Source: Eledone cirrhosa (lineage: Eukaryota). From it: a stretch of DNA of 64,000 nt. The position numbers and the translations under genes are program-made. Positions 14,972 to 29,570 of the stretch are shown piece by piece; the stretch's first letter is position 1; each line of letters starts with the position of its first letter. The stretch covers positions 33,728,001 through 33,792,000 of the forward strand of contig OZ024759.1 of the NCBI GenBank assembly GCA_964016885.1, written 5' to 3'. The notes beneath the pieces were generated by a model. That model saw only the letters and a program-made list of their open reading frames with translations. It was not told where the DNA came from and made no database searches.

Positions 14972-15043
14972 TGTGTGTATATATATACACACACACACAT
15001 AAACAAAAGATACACTTCCAAGTTGAGATATATGCAAGAAAGG
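14853..15043. repeat. inverted repeat pair bounded by (TA)n (MITE-like or fold-back)
   Basis: cctttcttgcat..atatctcaactt at 14853-14880 versus aagttgagatatatgcaagaaagg at 15020-15043. Confidence 0.7.
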
Positions 15044-15268
15044 TATATATATATATATATATATATGAAAACATGAGAAGAACTGAGTGCTGCGTGGTTG
15101 CACATGGGTTACATATGAAAGAAATAGTCCTTCATCAGTGATTTTCCAACCTTCATTGGTATTTCATCGCTTTAAAAATCATATACCTCCAGTTAGTGCG
15201 AGCAATAGCTAAATAAAGCTATTGGGACAAGTAATATCGCGTAAAGCGAGCGAGACAAGTAAACAAAC

Positions 15269-15300
<32 letters not shown>

Positions 15301-15339
15301 GGAGGGAGAGAGAGAGAGAGAGCGAGAGAGAGAGAGAGA

Positions 15340-15401
<62 letters not shown>

Positions 15402-15504
15402 GAAGAGAGATTTAAACAAGTTAAATCTTTATACAAGTGTTCGCTTTCCTGAAGTTTGTATACATGTTTATTGTAGAGTATCTGTTTGTATCTCTCTCCC
15501 CCAC

Positions 15505-15656
<152 letters not shown>

Positions 15657-16087
15657 GATATGCTCCGAAATCAATAGACGTGTCCGAGGAACCTGTGAAT
15701 CCAGAGTCAGGTCGATCCACACACACATCGCACCTCGAGCTGTTGGCCATGGAAACAATTGTAACACACACTAAATTGAGTTACGATGCATCACTGAATT
15801 TTCGTTTTCCATTCTATATGAGTGTGTGTGTGTACACGTATTTATATACACCTATATCTATCTATCTATATATATATATATAAAGAGAGAGAGAGATGGA
15901 GAGAGAGGGGAGAGAGATGTTAATATTTAAGGCCAATAAAAACGTTATTCAAATTAGTACTCTGTGCTTAAGGAAAGTAGGGTGAATATATTATTACAGG
16001 GATTTGCTTTTGAAAAGGTTTATGCTTAGCCATCGGCTATATATCCCTATATAACATTAATACTCCCATATACATATAACAGTCCTG

Positions 16088-16265
<178 letters not shown>

Positions 16266-16544
16266 GCTGCTGCTATTGTTAATATTATGCGATCTGTTCT
16301 TGTGTTTGTTTTGCATTACACTCCCAGAAATTAAATCAACGATTCGGCAATTTAGCTAGAGATTCCATACACTTTCGTTTTGTCGACCCTTTCATCACAA
16401 CACAATCCAACAGTCCATCCATCCCCCCGTCCACCCGACCACTCCCATATCCACCCACACATCCACCCGTTTGTCCTTACACTCTTTTGTTCCCAGCGTT
16501 CCTATCTATGCATAAATATATATGTATATGTATTGATATATATT

Positions 16545-16591
<47 letters not shown>

Positions 16592-16643
16592 TATATATAT
16601 ATATATACATATACGTGTGCGTGTATATATATGTGTGTATATG

Positions 16644-16789
<146 letters not shown>

Positions 16790-16954
16790 TATATGTGTGT
16801 GTGTGTATATATATATATACTATATGTACAATACACATTCGTACATACAGACACATACAGTTGTATAATAATACTTGACAACCACGCTGAAATCTTATTG
16901 TTGCTACATCAATGAACATTCTTCTCATAAAAGCTGAAAAAGTCAGGCATAAAG

Positions 16955-16974
16955 GCGCCAACAGGTGGCGCTAC
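16955..16974 (+). promoter_or_regulatory. candidate CTCF site
   Basis: gcgCCAACAGGTGGCGCta, one mismatch to the CCASYAGRKGGCRS core. Confidence 0.45.
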
Positions 16975-17209
16975 AGGCGGTATTAGTGACTGTAGCGGAT
17001 GTGGTTGTGTTGCTGTATTTGTTATTGTGACTGTAGCCATAACAGTAGCACCAGTGAGGCGTTTGATCTTTACGTATGGAACAACATAAAGGACACTATC
17101 AATGTTTCCTAGTTCAGACAGGAGCTACGTGTCTCTCATAGTTGTTGGTCCTTCCCCCCTTACTCTACAATCACTGGCACCGACACACTGATATTGCTCC
17201 TGCTGTTGT

Positions 17210-18050
17210 AATGGGTGGTGCTAGTGGTTCTGGTGGCTGTGGTGGTTGCGGTGGTAGTGGTGGTGGTTGTGGTGGTAGCGGTGGTAGCGGTGCTAGTGGT
17301 TCTGGTGCTAGTGGTTCTGGCGATACTGGTGGTTGAGGCTGGTGGTGGTGGTGGTGGTTGTGGTTGTGGTGATTCTGGTGGTTGAAGGTGGTAGTTGTGG
17401 TTGTTGAGAGTGGTAGTGGTGGTGGTTGTGGTGGTAGTGATTATGGTGGTGCTGGTGGCTGAGGGTGGTATTGGTGGTTGTGGCAGTGATGTTAGTGATG
17501 TTGGTGGTGTTAGTGGTGTTAGTGGTGTCAGTGGTGTTGTTGGTGGTTGTGGTAGTGGTGTTATTGGTGTTGGTGGTGATGTTAGTGGTGTCAGTGGTGT
17601 TGTTGGTGGTTGTGGTAGTGGTGTTAGTGGTGTCTGTGGTGTTAGTGGTGTTGGTTTTATTGTGGTGGTGGTGTTGGTATTGGTGATGGTGTTGTTATTG
17701 TAGAGGTGGTGTTGGTGTTGCTAGTGCTGATGGTGTTGTCGTGGTGGTGGTGGTGGTGTTGGTGTTAGTGGTGATGGTGTTAGTATTGGTGATCGTTGTG
17801 TTGTTGTTGTTATTGTGGTGGTGGTGTTAGTATTGGTGATGGTGTTAGTATTGGTGATGGTGTTGTTGTAGTGGTGGTGGTGGTATGACTGTAGAAACTG
17901 TCACTGTTATTGTTGTTATTTGTGGTGGTGATGTTAGTGGTTGTGTTGATGTTATAGTAGTGGTGGTGTTGATGTTAGTGGTGTTGTTGATGTTATTGTA
18001 GTGGTGGTGTTGATGTTATTGTAGTGGTGGTGTTAGTGTTGGTGCTATTG
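17210..18050. repeat. (GGT/TGT) low-complexity tract
   Basis: Visible directly in the sequence. Confidence 0.9.
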
Positions 18051-18260
18051 TTGCTTAATCCAAAAGTAGCCCCCAGGCAGCAGATATATGATCAAAGTTA
18101 TTCCATTCGTGTCAATTCATTCTTTATTCCAGGTATAATATATCTAGGAGTCTATTGCTCTACACGTGTTTGGCTATTTTTTTAAAGAGTGTTGTGAGAT
18201 CTGAAAGTAATATAACAGCGATTTCAAGCAAAGGGAGTGAGACTCTAGAGGCCCTCCCCT
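18050..18260 (+). mobile_element. degraded interspersed repeat (SINE-like); related pieces at ~25805-25850, 39905-40075 and 61510-61715
   Basis: Shared motifs tatgatcaaag..attcc and gatttgagg...atttc(t/a)agca. Confidence 0.45.
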
Positions 18261-18404
18261 TCACTATGTATGCATCTGTGTGCACACAGCCAGAAAAATA
18301 CAACACATTTCAGCAATTGCACGAAATTGCATACGTGCATACACATGCAAATATGCATATAGTTTCACATTGGAAAACACACGTAAACACTGCTATGCCA
18401 GCAT

Positions 18405-18451
<47 letters not shown>

Positions 18452-18499
18452 CCATTCAGCAAGATACGGTAATATTCAAACGGTACACATTAATTTTAA

Positions 18500-18575
<76 letters not shown>

Positions 18576-18732
18576 TATATATATATATATATGTTTATAT
18601 ATATATATATGTTTATATATATATATATATGTTTATATATATATATATATTGCTTTCTATGATTATTTATTTGACAGAGAAATAACGTTTACAGTACTAG
18701 AGCTGTTTCAGTCGTATAAAATCATAAGGAAT

Positions 18733-18828
<96 letters not shown>

Positions 18829-19364
18829 AAAACAACAACAACAACAACAACAAGTAGGTTATTACTGTGTCAAACGCCATTTTTCAGGTAGCTACAAGCC
18901 ACTCATTCAGGCAGATATGAGATGTCATTGAAAAATCAAAGGACGTTAGTGTCAGCCCCACTTATTAGCGTTGAAGCTCCATCAGAGATACATTAAGTGT
19001 ACGCTTGTTTGTTTAATTTTCAGTCATTTGCGCATTAAGTTTAGAAGAAGGCTCTTCCGCTGATTAACCCACCAGAACATCTCGACATCGGAAACTAATG
19101 AAAGTTCAATAACAAAGACATCATTAACAACATCAACAACTTTACGTTCATCGATTGTATTAGATTCATTTTTTTATTGTTTGTTGTTTGTGATGTTTTC
19201 CTATGTTTAATTATTATGCTTTTGTTATTATTTAATTATATCTTTATTGATATTATATTATACCGTTTTTTGTGTTTATTCATAATCAAAGCTCTTAGCT
19301 GCCTTCTAATTAGGCCCACGACAAAATGGCTGACGTAGTAACTTGCGATATCACCGTTATTATG

Positions 19365-19423
<59 letters not shown>

Positions 19424-19964
19424 TAATTATTTTCTTAACTGTGTTTTGTGTCATTTAAAAATTGTTCATTGTAGAAGAAAGTGGTGGGGATATTGTTGTT
19501 GTTCTTGTGGTGGGTATAATGTGTGTATCATGTGTGTATGTGGAGGGAGAGAGGTCAGTGTGTGTATGTTTGTGCTGTGTTTGTGTGTGTTTATGTAATG
19601 TAACTGCTGTTGCTGTTGTTGTTAGTGTAGTTGTAGGCGTGTGTGTATTATTTGTCTATGGGGTTATGCAATTTAACTGTTGTTGTTGTTCTTAGTGTAG
19701 TTGTAGGCGAGTGTGTATGTATTTGTGTGTAGAATTATGAGTGGGTGAGTGTATACACTTGTGCAGTGAGTGTATAAAGTGTTGGCAGGCAACTTTTTTT
19801 TTTATTTGTCATTATGCGAGCGTTCCTGTGTGTATGAGTATGTGTGTGATTGTGTATGAACGGTTGCAGAATGGAACTGTTGATTATTTAGTTGTTAAAG
19901 TGTGTATGTAATACGGCTGCGTGAATGTGGTGCATTGCATGTGTGTGTATATGTGAAGAGGGGG

Positions 19965-21300
19965 CTTCTGTGTGTGTATGTGATTGTGTATATTAATTTT
20001 TATATTGAAAGCTAGCTGCCATCGTATTGGTAGTTATGTGTGTGTGTGTATGTGTATGTGACTGAGTGTGTGGCTCTATGTGTGTGTATATATTAATGTA
20101 TATATTGTAGTGTAGCGGTGTCTGTGTGTTGGTATATGTATGTGACTGAGTGTGTGGCTCTATGTGTGTGTATATATTAATGTATATATTGTAGTGTAGC
20201 GGTGTCTGTGTGTTTGTATATGTATGTGACTGAGTGTATGGTGTATATGTGTGTGTATATATTAATGTATATATTGTAGTGTAGCGGTGTCTGTGTGTTG
20301 GTAGATGTATGTGTCTGGGTGTGTAGCTGTATATGTGTGTGTATATATTAATGTATATATTGTAGTGTAGCGGTGTCTCTGTGTTGGTAGATGTATGTGA
20401 CTGAGTGTGTGGTGTATATGTGTGTGTATATATTAATGTATATATTGTAGTGTAGCGGTGTCTGTGTGTTGGTATATGTATGTGACTGAGTGTGTGGTGT
20501 ATATGTGTGTGTATATATTAATGTATATAATGTAGTGTAGCGGTGTCTGTGTGTTGGTAGATGTATGTGTCTGGGTGTGTAGCTGTATATGTGTGTGTAT
20601 ATATTAATGTATATATTGTAGTGTAGCGGTGTCTCTGTGTTGGTATATGTATGTGACTGAGTGTGTAGCTGTATATGTGTGTGTATATATTAATGTATAT
20701 ATTGTAGTGTAGCGGTGTCTCTGTGTTGGTAGATGTATGTGACTGAGTGTGTAGCTGTATATGTGTGTGTATATATTAATGTATATATTGTAGTGTAGCG
20801 GTGTCTGTGTGTTGGTAGATGTATGTGACTGAGTGTGTAGCTCTATGTGTGTGTATATATTAATGCATATAATGTAGTGTAGCGGTGTCTGTGTGTTGGT
20901 AGATGTATGTGACTGAGTGTGTGGCTGTATATGTGTGTGTATATATTAATGTATATAATGTAGTGTAGCGGTGTCTCTGTGTTGGTAGATGTATGTGTCT
21001 GAATGTGTAGCTGTATGTATGTGCATATATTAATGCATATATTGTAGTGTGCTAGTACTGGTAGTTGTGTATGTGTGTGTTTGTGCTTTTGTCTGTGTGT
21101 ATATGTGTGTATATATTAATGTATATATTGTAGGGTGCTAGTGTTTGTAAGCGTGTGTGTGTGTTTGTGTGTCTGTATGTGTGTTTTTGTGTGTGTATGT
21201 ATGTATGTATAGATTAATGTATATATTGTAGTGTGCTAGTGTTGGTAGGTCTGTGTGTGTCTTTATCTGTGTGTGTGTATGTATATATCAATGTATTTAT
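19965..21300. repeat. 84-86-bp minisatellite, about 11 well-conserved copies with degenerate flanks
   Basis: gtagcggtg recurs at 20112, 20196, 20281, 20367 and onward. Confidence 0.95.
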
Positions 21301-21359
21301 TATATGGCGCTGGTTTTATGGTAGCTGCAGCCCTTCTATTTCATCATTTTTATTTGCTC

Positions 21360-21710
21360 TCTAGCTTCACAATGTTCCAGTTGTTATTATTGTTGTTGTG
21401 GCTTCAAAATGTTCCAGTTGTTATTATTGTTGTTGTTGTAGCTTCACATCGTTCCAGTTGTTGCTGTAGCTTCACATCGTTCCAGTTGTTGTTGTAGCTT
21501 CACATTGTCCTAGTTGTTGTTGTAGCTTCACGGTGTTCCAGTTGTTGTTGTTGTAGCTTCACAATGTCCCAGTTTTTGTTGTAGCTTCACAATGTCCCAG
21601 TTGTTTTTTGTAGCTTCACGATGTTCCAGTTGTTGTTGTTGCTGTAGCTTCACATTGTTCCAGTTGTTGTTGTTGTAGCACCACGATGTTCCTGTTGTTG
21701 TAGTTTTCAT
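21360..21710. repeat. ~30-bp minisatellite with a variable (GTT)n core
   Basis: tgtagcttcac(aat/gat)gttccagttgttg is repeated. Confidence 0.9.
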
Positions 21711-21939
21711 ACCTCAAACATTGTTATATTTTCATTATAAACCACTATAGTTTGCCTTTTCATTTTCTAGTTAATATTTCAGTTTGTTCCCCTTTATCTC
21801 CTCCTTCACTTCCCCTTATCCTCGCCTTTCCTCTATAATAATCTTTCTTTCTTATTCTTCATCTTCTTCTCTTTTTCCTTCCTTTTCTTCTAAGTCATCT
21901 CCATTGTCTTCGTCTTTGTCGTTGACATTATTTTAATCA

Positions 21940-22003
21940 CCGAGGGTAGCTTTGCCTGTCATCCTTTCAGGGGTTGATTAATTAAAGTACCAGTATAGTA
22001 CTG
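21940..22003 (+). mobile_element. Deu/Nin-domain SINE fragment
   Basis: ccgagggtagctttgcctgtcatcctttcaggggttgat...aagtaccagt. Confidence 0.7.
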
Positions 22004-22314
22004 TCGTCAATTCTCCGTGTATATCCTTCTCTGGAAGACAGCGGGTGTATACAAACCCAGAGAAGAGATGGGATCTGTTAGGTTTGAAAATGGTCAGGAA
22101 ACGCGGTAAATCTGCACGGTGATGCTACAAAACCCTGGGGAGTTACAGAACCATCCATGCGAAATGTGTTGACGAAATGTGTTGAGGAAACAAGAACAAC
22201 ATTTTAAAGCAAATAATAAAAGAGAAGCATCCTGTATTGGATGTAGTTCTTCTATAAGACCTGACGAATAAAAATTAATGGTTGGCCTCACATGTATTAT
22301 TAATATTCTTTCGT

Positions 22315-22480
22315 AATAATTGTTTCTACTTTTGGCCCAAAGCCAGCAATTATACCAGTGCATTACTGGTACTTTATTTTATCAACCCCGTAAGGATGAA
22401 AGGCAAAGGTATCCTCAGTGGGATTTGAACTCAGAACATAAAGCATTGCGTCTGACGCTCTACCGATACTGACAATCCGT
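22315..22480 (-). mobile_element. Deu/Nin-domain tRNA SINE
   Basis: Near full-length reverse complement of the copy at 41528-41710. Confidence 0.85.
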
Positions 22481-22576
22481 ATAATATTTTCGTGTTTAAC
22501 TTAAACATTCTGTATGCATGTGTAGTACACGTTATGTTGCTCTTGCTGCTACTGTGGTGCTGGATGTGTGAATTAT

Positions 22577-22810
22577 CATGGCGTCCGACTATCCACCGAT
22601 ACCGCCAATTCATCGCACAGTTCCTACTTTGGGCACAAGCCCAGCGATTATCCCAGTGCACCACTGGTACTTTATTTTATTGACCTCGGAAGTGTCAAAT
22701 GTAAGGTTAACCTCGGCGGAATTTGAACTCAGAACAGAAAAAGGCCACAACTATGCTGCCGATGGCCATACCTATGTGTTACGCTCTACCGACACTGTCA
22801 TCCACCGCCA
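22577..22810 (-). mobile_element. Deu/Nin-domain tRNA SINE plus an adjacent head fragment
   Basis: ctggtactttatttt...ttaacctcggcggaatttgaactcaga...ctctaccga..tccaccgcc. Confidence 0.8.
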
Positions 22811-23076
22811 TACTTTCGTAATAATGTATTTGATTTTGCATAGGCATATAACATTGAAAGGTTAAAGTAGTGATTAAAATGCCGAGATAGCTGAGAGGCG
22901 TGGAGAGGATCATATGGATTAGAGCAATTGAAGGTGTATAACTCAGAATAACATTTTATTAGAAGACCTTTGTTTGCTTATACCTGTCTTGGACAGTATG
23001 CTAATGGATGAGCAAACAAGTCTCCTGTGATCGTGAATTTGAAGTGGCAATGCATACATACATTCATACATACATA

Positions 23077-23193
<117 letters not shown>

Positions 23194-23541
23194 AGAGATA
23201 TGCTCAGGCGTTATGCAAGAATATGTATATTTCTGATATCCTTTGATAATAGAAGTTGTCTTTCAAAAAGCTTTTGATATAGTATATATGATTGTTGCAG
23301 CTTCCAAAGGCACTATATTACTATGGTCTGTCAGAAAAAGTATGGTAAAATTATACGGTACATACTTTAAAACAGTGAGTGTGAAATGAGCTAAGGTATT
23401 CTTCTCGTAAAGGGATTTAAAGTTTTGGAGTGGATTCAATAATAAAATGACGAAAACAAGGAATGAGAGGAATACAAACGTTGATACATACATACATACA
23501 TACATACATATAAATATATAATATATATATATATATATACA

Positions 23542-23592
<51 letters not shown>

Positions 23593-23741
23593 CGATAGTT
23601 ATAGCTCTGATTTATCTAAATCAGTGAGCACTCTGCCGCTCATATCGAATTTTGTTTATCGTGAACTCGTGCGCCGATTTTTCGATACTCGATCATTCTA
23701 ATATATATATATATATATATATATAAATATATATATATATT

Positions 23742-23830
23742 GAAAAATGTTCCGAAGACACCAAGCCAAGGTTTGGATGAAACAATTGTAAGTGAATAAA
23801 TGCTTTGAACATAGTTTTGATTCTTGTGAA

Positions 23831-23832
<2 letters not shown>
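23742..23832 (+). mobile_element. (TA)n-embedded island with a variant or degenerate hammerhead motif
   Basis: CCGAAGA(23752-58), ccaagcc/aa/ggtttgg, GAAA-CAATTG-TA(23779-90), AATAAA 23795-800. Confidence 0.45.
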
Positions 23833-23872
<40 letters not shown>

Positions 23873-23874
<2 letters not shown>

Positions 23875-23967
23875 CGAAGGGAGTTTGGTAATGAACCAGG
23901 TGGACTATAACGCACCAGAGTACTCAATACTTAGGGTAGTAGAGTGGGTAAAAGCAAAATGCTCCTA
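23873..23967 (-). mobile_element. (TA)n-embedded fragment homologous to the tail at 50231-50309
   Basis: Its reverse complement aligns to ttacccactgtactaccctaagtatt...ccttcgtt. Confidence 0.7.
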
Positions 23968-24097
23968 TATATATATGCATATATTACTATATTACCTTAC
24001 ATATATAGCTGGAGTGGAATGTGGTTTGTTGCAACGTCAATTCTTCTCGTTATCTGATAAACATCTGCTAGCGAAAGTATATTGGAAGCAACTAACG

Positions 24098-24168
24098 ACT
24101 CTATAGTCAAATGTACTCTATAGTCAAATGTACTCTATAGTCAAATGTACTCTATAGTCAAATGTACT
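24098..24168. repeat. 17-bp tandem repeat, about 4 copies
   Basis: actctatagtcaaatgt. Confidence 0.9.
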
Positions 24169-24186
24169 GTTAGAAAACAAAGAAAC

Positions 24187-24312
24187 CCATTCTTTGTTTT
24201 CTAACAGAGTGGACTAGAACAATGTGAAATAAAGTGTCTTTCTCATGGCACAATGTGCAGTCAACTCCCAAGCTGAAACCTACTGAAACTAACTCTTTGC
24301 CCAGTAAGGCCA
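24187..24312 (-). mobile_element. CORE-type SINE, degraded
   Basis: gagtggactagaacaatgtgaaataaagtgtctttctca is the reverse complement of the core. Confidence 0.55.
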
Positions 24313-24516
24313 TTTATATATATATATAAATACACCCATACACACATATATATATATATATGTGTGTGTGACTGTGTGTGAGCGTGTGTGCATGTGTTTG
24401 AATGTGTGCGTATGTCTATATGTGTATGCGTTGGTGTATTTCTGTATACACCTTTTAACTTAGTTTTGATCAATTGAACATTTTATTAACGGTGTAAACT
24501 CTGAATATATATATAT

Positions 24517-24674
<158 letters not shown>

Positions 24675-25377
24675 GTGTGTGTGTATGTGTGTGTGTGTGT
24701 AAATATATATATAGATAATATTTATTCATAAATGCTATCTTTTTTCCCCGATCTTATCAATCATTTTATTAAAAAGAATTTAGTATGTCAGACAATTTGC
24801 TTCAAAAGTCACCATACAATGTTCAATGAATGATAAGAAGAAACATCTCAGTAAAACCTTTACCTCGACACTTCCTTTTATTTATTTAAATCTGAAGTAG
24901 GTGTTGGCGCGGAGGAGGTGTTGCTAGAGGAATCAGGAATATTTTGGACATGAAAGGATAAGAATAACTGCCAGATCGGCGCCACTATATTACTATTAAT
25001 TGTATCTTGGCACTTGTTGGCTGAAATAAAATATGACGAATAATCACACACATATATACACATATACACATCCACACGCGGGCACACATATACATGGACA
25101 TATACATGGACATATACATGGACATATACATGGGAATATACATGGGAATATACATGCAAACACACGTATACTGTATGTGTAAATTCTATTTGTTTTATAT
25201 GAAAATTGTGGTTCGTTTGCTTTTGTTTTAGTATCTGCCTGTTTCTTTGTATAAGAATACAAATGAAAATAGTTGTATATATATATATATACCTAAACAA
25301 GTACATGCTTGTATACACACACACACACCCATATCTCTCTCTATATATATATATACACACACATATATATATATATG

Positions 25378-25437
<60 letters not shown>

Positions 25438-25441
<4 letters not shown>

Positions 25442-25710
25442 TGTGCCTAGTGGTAAGGTTGTTGGACTTTACGATTATAATGTCGTGGGTTCTATTGCTG
25501 GGCTGTGTTCTTGAGCAAAACACTTCATTTCACATTGCTCCAGTATATTCAACTGAAAATGAGTACCAGCAATAGTTGGAGGTTTAACCGTGCGATGGAC
25601 TGGCGTCCTGTCCAGGGGTGAGTCTTTTATTCCCAGTCGCAACGCGCCACGAAACCGGGATCAGCACCGGCCAAATAAGCCTTCTATCTTAAGACAGACT
25701 TTAGACTTTT
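25438..25710 (+). mobile_element. CORE-type tRNA SINE, near full length
   Basis: A-box-like gcctagtggtaag, B-box-like ggttctatt, core gtgttcttgagcaaaacact, 3' tgcgatggactggcgtcctgtccagggg, and an (agacttt) tail. Confidence 0.8.
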
Positions 25711-26227
25711 TTTTAGATATATGTATATATTAATTTTATTATATGCATATATATGTATATAGCGTAATATATAATTCAATAAAACCTCACTTTCTAAAGA
25801 CATAGTTTATGATTTGAGGCACATTTGATTGCCATTACGAGCAGGTCTCATTTAATTACTATTTATCTGTTCCCTTAAGTAGTTAGTACCAACCATTCTT
25901 TCCAGAACTCATTATAAGTTATACGTGATTATGTATATGTCATTTGTTTTTCAATAATAAGTTATTATTTAGGATTGTAACACGTATTGATATAACGAAA
26001 CATCTAGTTGAGTATTTGAAACTATAATAATTATTAGTGAACATAAATAGTTAGTAGTTGTGGTTATATTATATATTGGTGATTATATATACTGGTTAAT
26101 GAAGTTGACGAAGGTACGAAGTCGAAGGGACTGCATGTATCTCAGCTCCCAGTCTTCGAGGATAACATTGTCTATCATTTAAAGGTAGATATATATATAG
26201 ATTCCATTATTGTACGAGACTAATGGA

Positions 26228-26450
26228 TGTGGATTGACATTAATTGGTAGAGCGTCGGGCACCATGCTTCGGGGCAAAAAGTTACAGCTCTTTACGTTAG
26301 GAGTTCAAAATCCTGTCGAGGTTAAACTTTGCTTTTCAGACGTACGGTGTCGATAAAATAAAGTACCTTTCATGAAGACGGGTCGAGTTAAACTAATTTT
26401 CTCTCCCCACCCAAATTGCTGGCCCTGCATCTTAAGTAGAAACCGTTATC
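26228..26450 (+). mobile_element. Deu/Nin-domain tRNA SINE, degraded
   Basis: ggtagagcgtcgg...gagttcaaaatcctgtcgaggtt...gtcgataaaataaagtacc. Confidence 0.75.
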
Positions 26451-26738
26451 GTACTGGATTGCTTTCCCAAGCTATCTATAATATTTAAAATCTTCAGCCA
26501 ACATTTCATATTTTTTACCTGAAAAGAATAGGCTTTGATCAGACTCGGGGAGAGGGAGTTAAATAAGTCTCGACGGCACCGTTCCGACTACTTCAGGGAG
26601 TTCGAGTCTACTTGAAAGCTACAAGTCCACTTCAAGTCTACGTGAAAGCTACGATTTATTACTCGAGATTTGACGCCAGAACTCAGAGCTAGAACGAATA
26701 ACTTATTTAATCCAACGCCCGACACTATCGATTCGGAA

Positions 26739-26805
<67 letters not shown>

Positions 26806-26934
26806 TTTATCGATAATTCTTCTACCTCGATAGGTTCTCAGCTGACACAATGATCCATGGAAATTCATACATTTCTTCATATGGTTTTTCGTTGGTTATC
26901 ACTCACAATTTGATTTTTGTCGTTATTACTGTGT

Positions 26935-26993
<59 letters not shown>

Positions 26994-26995
26994 TG

Positions 26996-27053
<58 letters not shown>

Positions 27054-27082
27054 TGTATATATATATATATACATATATGTAC

Positions 27083-27145
<63 letters not shown>

Positions 27146-27157
27146 CATATATGTACA

Positions 27158-27244
<87 letters not shown>

Positions 27245-27245
27245 G

Positions 27246-27296
<51 letters not shown>

Positions 27297-27310
27297 ATCA
27301 TGTGTATATA

Positions 27311-27364
<54 letters not shown>

Positions 27365-27365
27365 T

Positions 27366-27525
<160 letters not shown>

Positions 27526-27975
27526 CTTTTGTTTGTACCGGACTTGTATTGTTATTTGCGTGTTATATTTTCCCCCCAATGATATGCATTTAATGTCCTA
27601 ACTTAGTTCCTATCGATCAATCTATTCCAGAACACCATTCTGTCATCCCGTTAACTCACCCTCTCAAAATACTAATTTGATGTGGAAAAAAAATGGATTT
27701 ACAAAAATCTCGTTATTCACTATATATATTTGTTTGATTTTGTTGTGCTAACCAAGAGCAGTATTAGAGTGTCAGTATGGCACGTAGCATGAGATGGATG
27801 TGGGACATTAGCTACAGTGTCTCTAACCAATGCATCACTGTCCGCAGAAACAGGCAAAAATGAGATAAGACCTCTATCTGATTTCTCATACTTGGCATTC
27901 GTCAATTATCGCAGAGGATAGAATGATATATATATATATATATATATATATACATTATATATACATATATATATG

Positions 27976-28059
<84 letters not shown>

Positions 28060-28069
28060 TATACGTGTG

Positions 28070-28312
<243 letters not shown>

Positions 28313-28313
28313 G

Positions 28314-28397
<84 letters not shown>

Positions 28398-28924
28398 TAT
28401 ATACATATTTATATACACACGTATATATATGTATATATATATATTATTGAGAGAGAGAGAGAGATTCAAAATAGACAAACATTTGGGGTCGTTGAAAGGA
28501 AGAATATATAAGGAAACATATTGCTGATGCTACTGCCACTGCTGCTATTGCTACTCAAGGATGACCATGGCTGACAATATGGAAGTATCATAATGAAGAA
28601 TAAAAGAAACAAAAAAAAAACTGATCGATATCTTCAACGTAAGAAAATATCAAGATGTTTTTATAGAGATTTGTTCGTTCACCGAAAATAAATCATTTCC
28701 AGGTTTTCTGTTTCGCCGTTTTTTTACAGCCACTGGAGGGTTAAAATTGCTATATCCTTCTTCTTAGGTCAACCAGCTTCTAGAAACTGGTGTGAAGGAA
28801 TTATATCAAAAATAAGGGCAATAGAAAGTGTTTTGTTGAACATGGTACTGCTTTTCAATTCGTGTTTAATTTTAAACCCTGGTTTGCATGCTTAAAATAT
28901 TTATTTACCAGGTTTGTTACACGA

Positions 28925-29290
28925 CTGGCAACTTGCTTGGTAGACACCCACAACATTACTAACCATCTTTCCAACAACTAATCTAAGCATCTCTTCGAAT
29001 TTCATATGTCTAACAACCGTGGACATGCATACACAGTCAGAAAACGATACAGCTCCCATGACTTTCAGAAACATTTTTTCATGTTCAGATTTACTGAAGC
29101 ATGGAACAAACTACCTGCATCAGTTGTTAGTTGTCAGTATATTGCATCCTTTAAAACTTCGATGGTTCCTGAAATTCGCCAAAACTACACCTGATATTCC
29201 CCCTCCATACACAGGTACACATGTATCTGTGTATATATCATGACTCATATGCTGTTCACTTTCCTGACAGTCGTACATTATTCTATGTTC
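28925..29290 (+). mobile_element. CR1-like LINE 3' fragment
   Basis: ORF 29006-29194 reads NRGHAYTVRK..HDFQKHFF..RFTEAWNKLPASVVS...SFK, the typical CR1-group C-terminus (TRGH...FF..R....WN.LP). Confidence 0.85.
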
Positions 29291-29295
29291 CAAAT

Positions 29296-29485
29296 GGCGG
29301 TGAATTGGCAGTATCAGTAGAGGATCGGACGCCATGCTTTGCAACAGAGTTACTGCCCTTTACGAGATTGGTTCACATCCCGCCGAGGTTAACCTTGCCT
29401 TTCATCCTTACGGGGTCAATAAAATAAAGTACCAGTAATACACTGGGATAATTGCGGCCCTGTGCCAAAAGTAGAAACAATCATT
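29296..29485 (+). mobile_element. Deu/Nin-domain tRNA SINE
   Basis: ggcggtgaattggcagtatc...ccgccgaggttaaccttgcctttcatccttacggggtc...aagtaccagt. Confidence 0.9.
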
Positions 29486-29570
29486 CTATATTCCATACAT
29501 GCACCTTTAATGAGTTGCAGTGTACCTGAGGACTTTACACAATAATTTTCATTATTATTATTATTATCAG

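Noticed and set aside
15066-15145. Minus-strand CTGATGA in a (TA)n-adjacent island
   Set aside because: No GAAA and no convincing helices.
25438-25500. tRNA genes at A/B-box-like motifs
   Set aside because: These are SINE heads without a cloverleaf.
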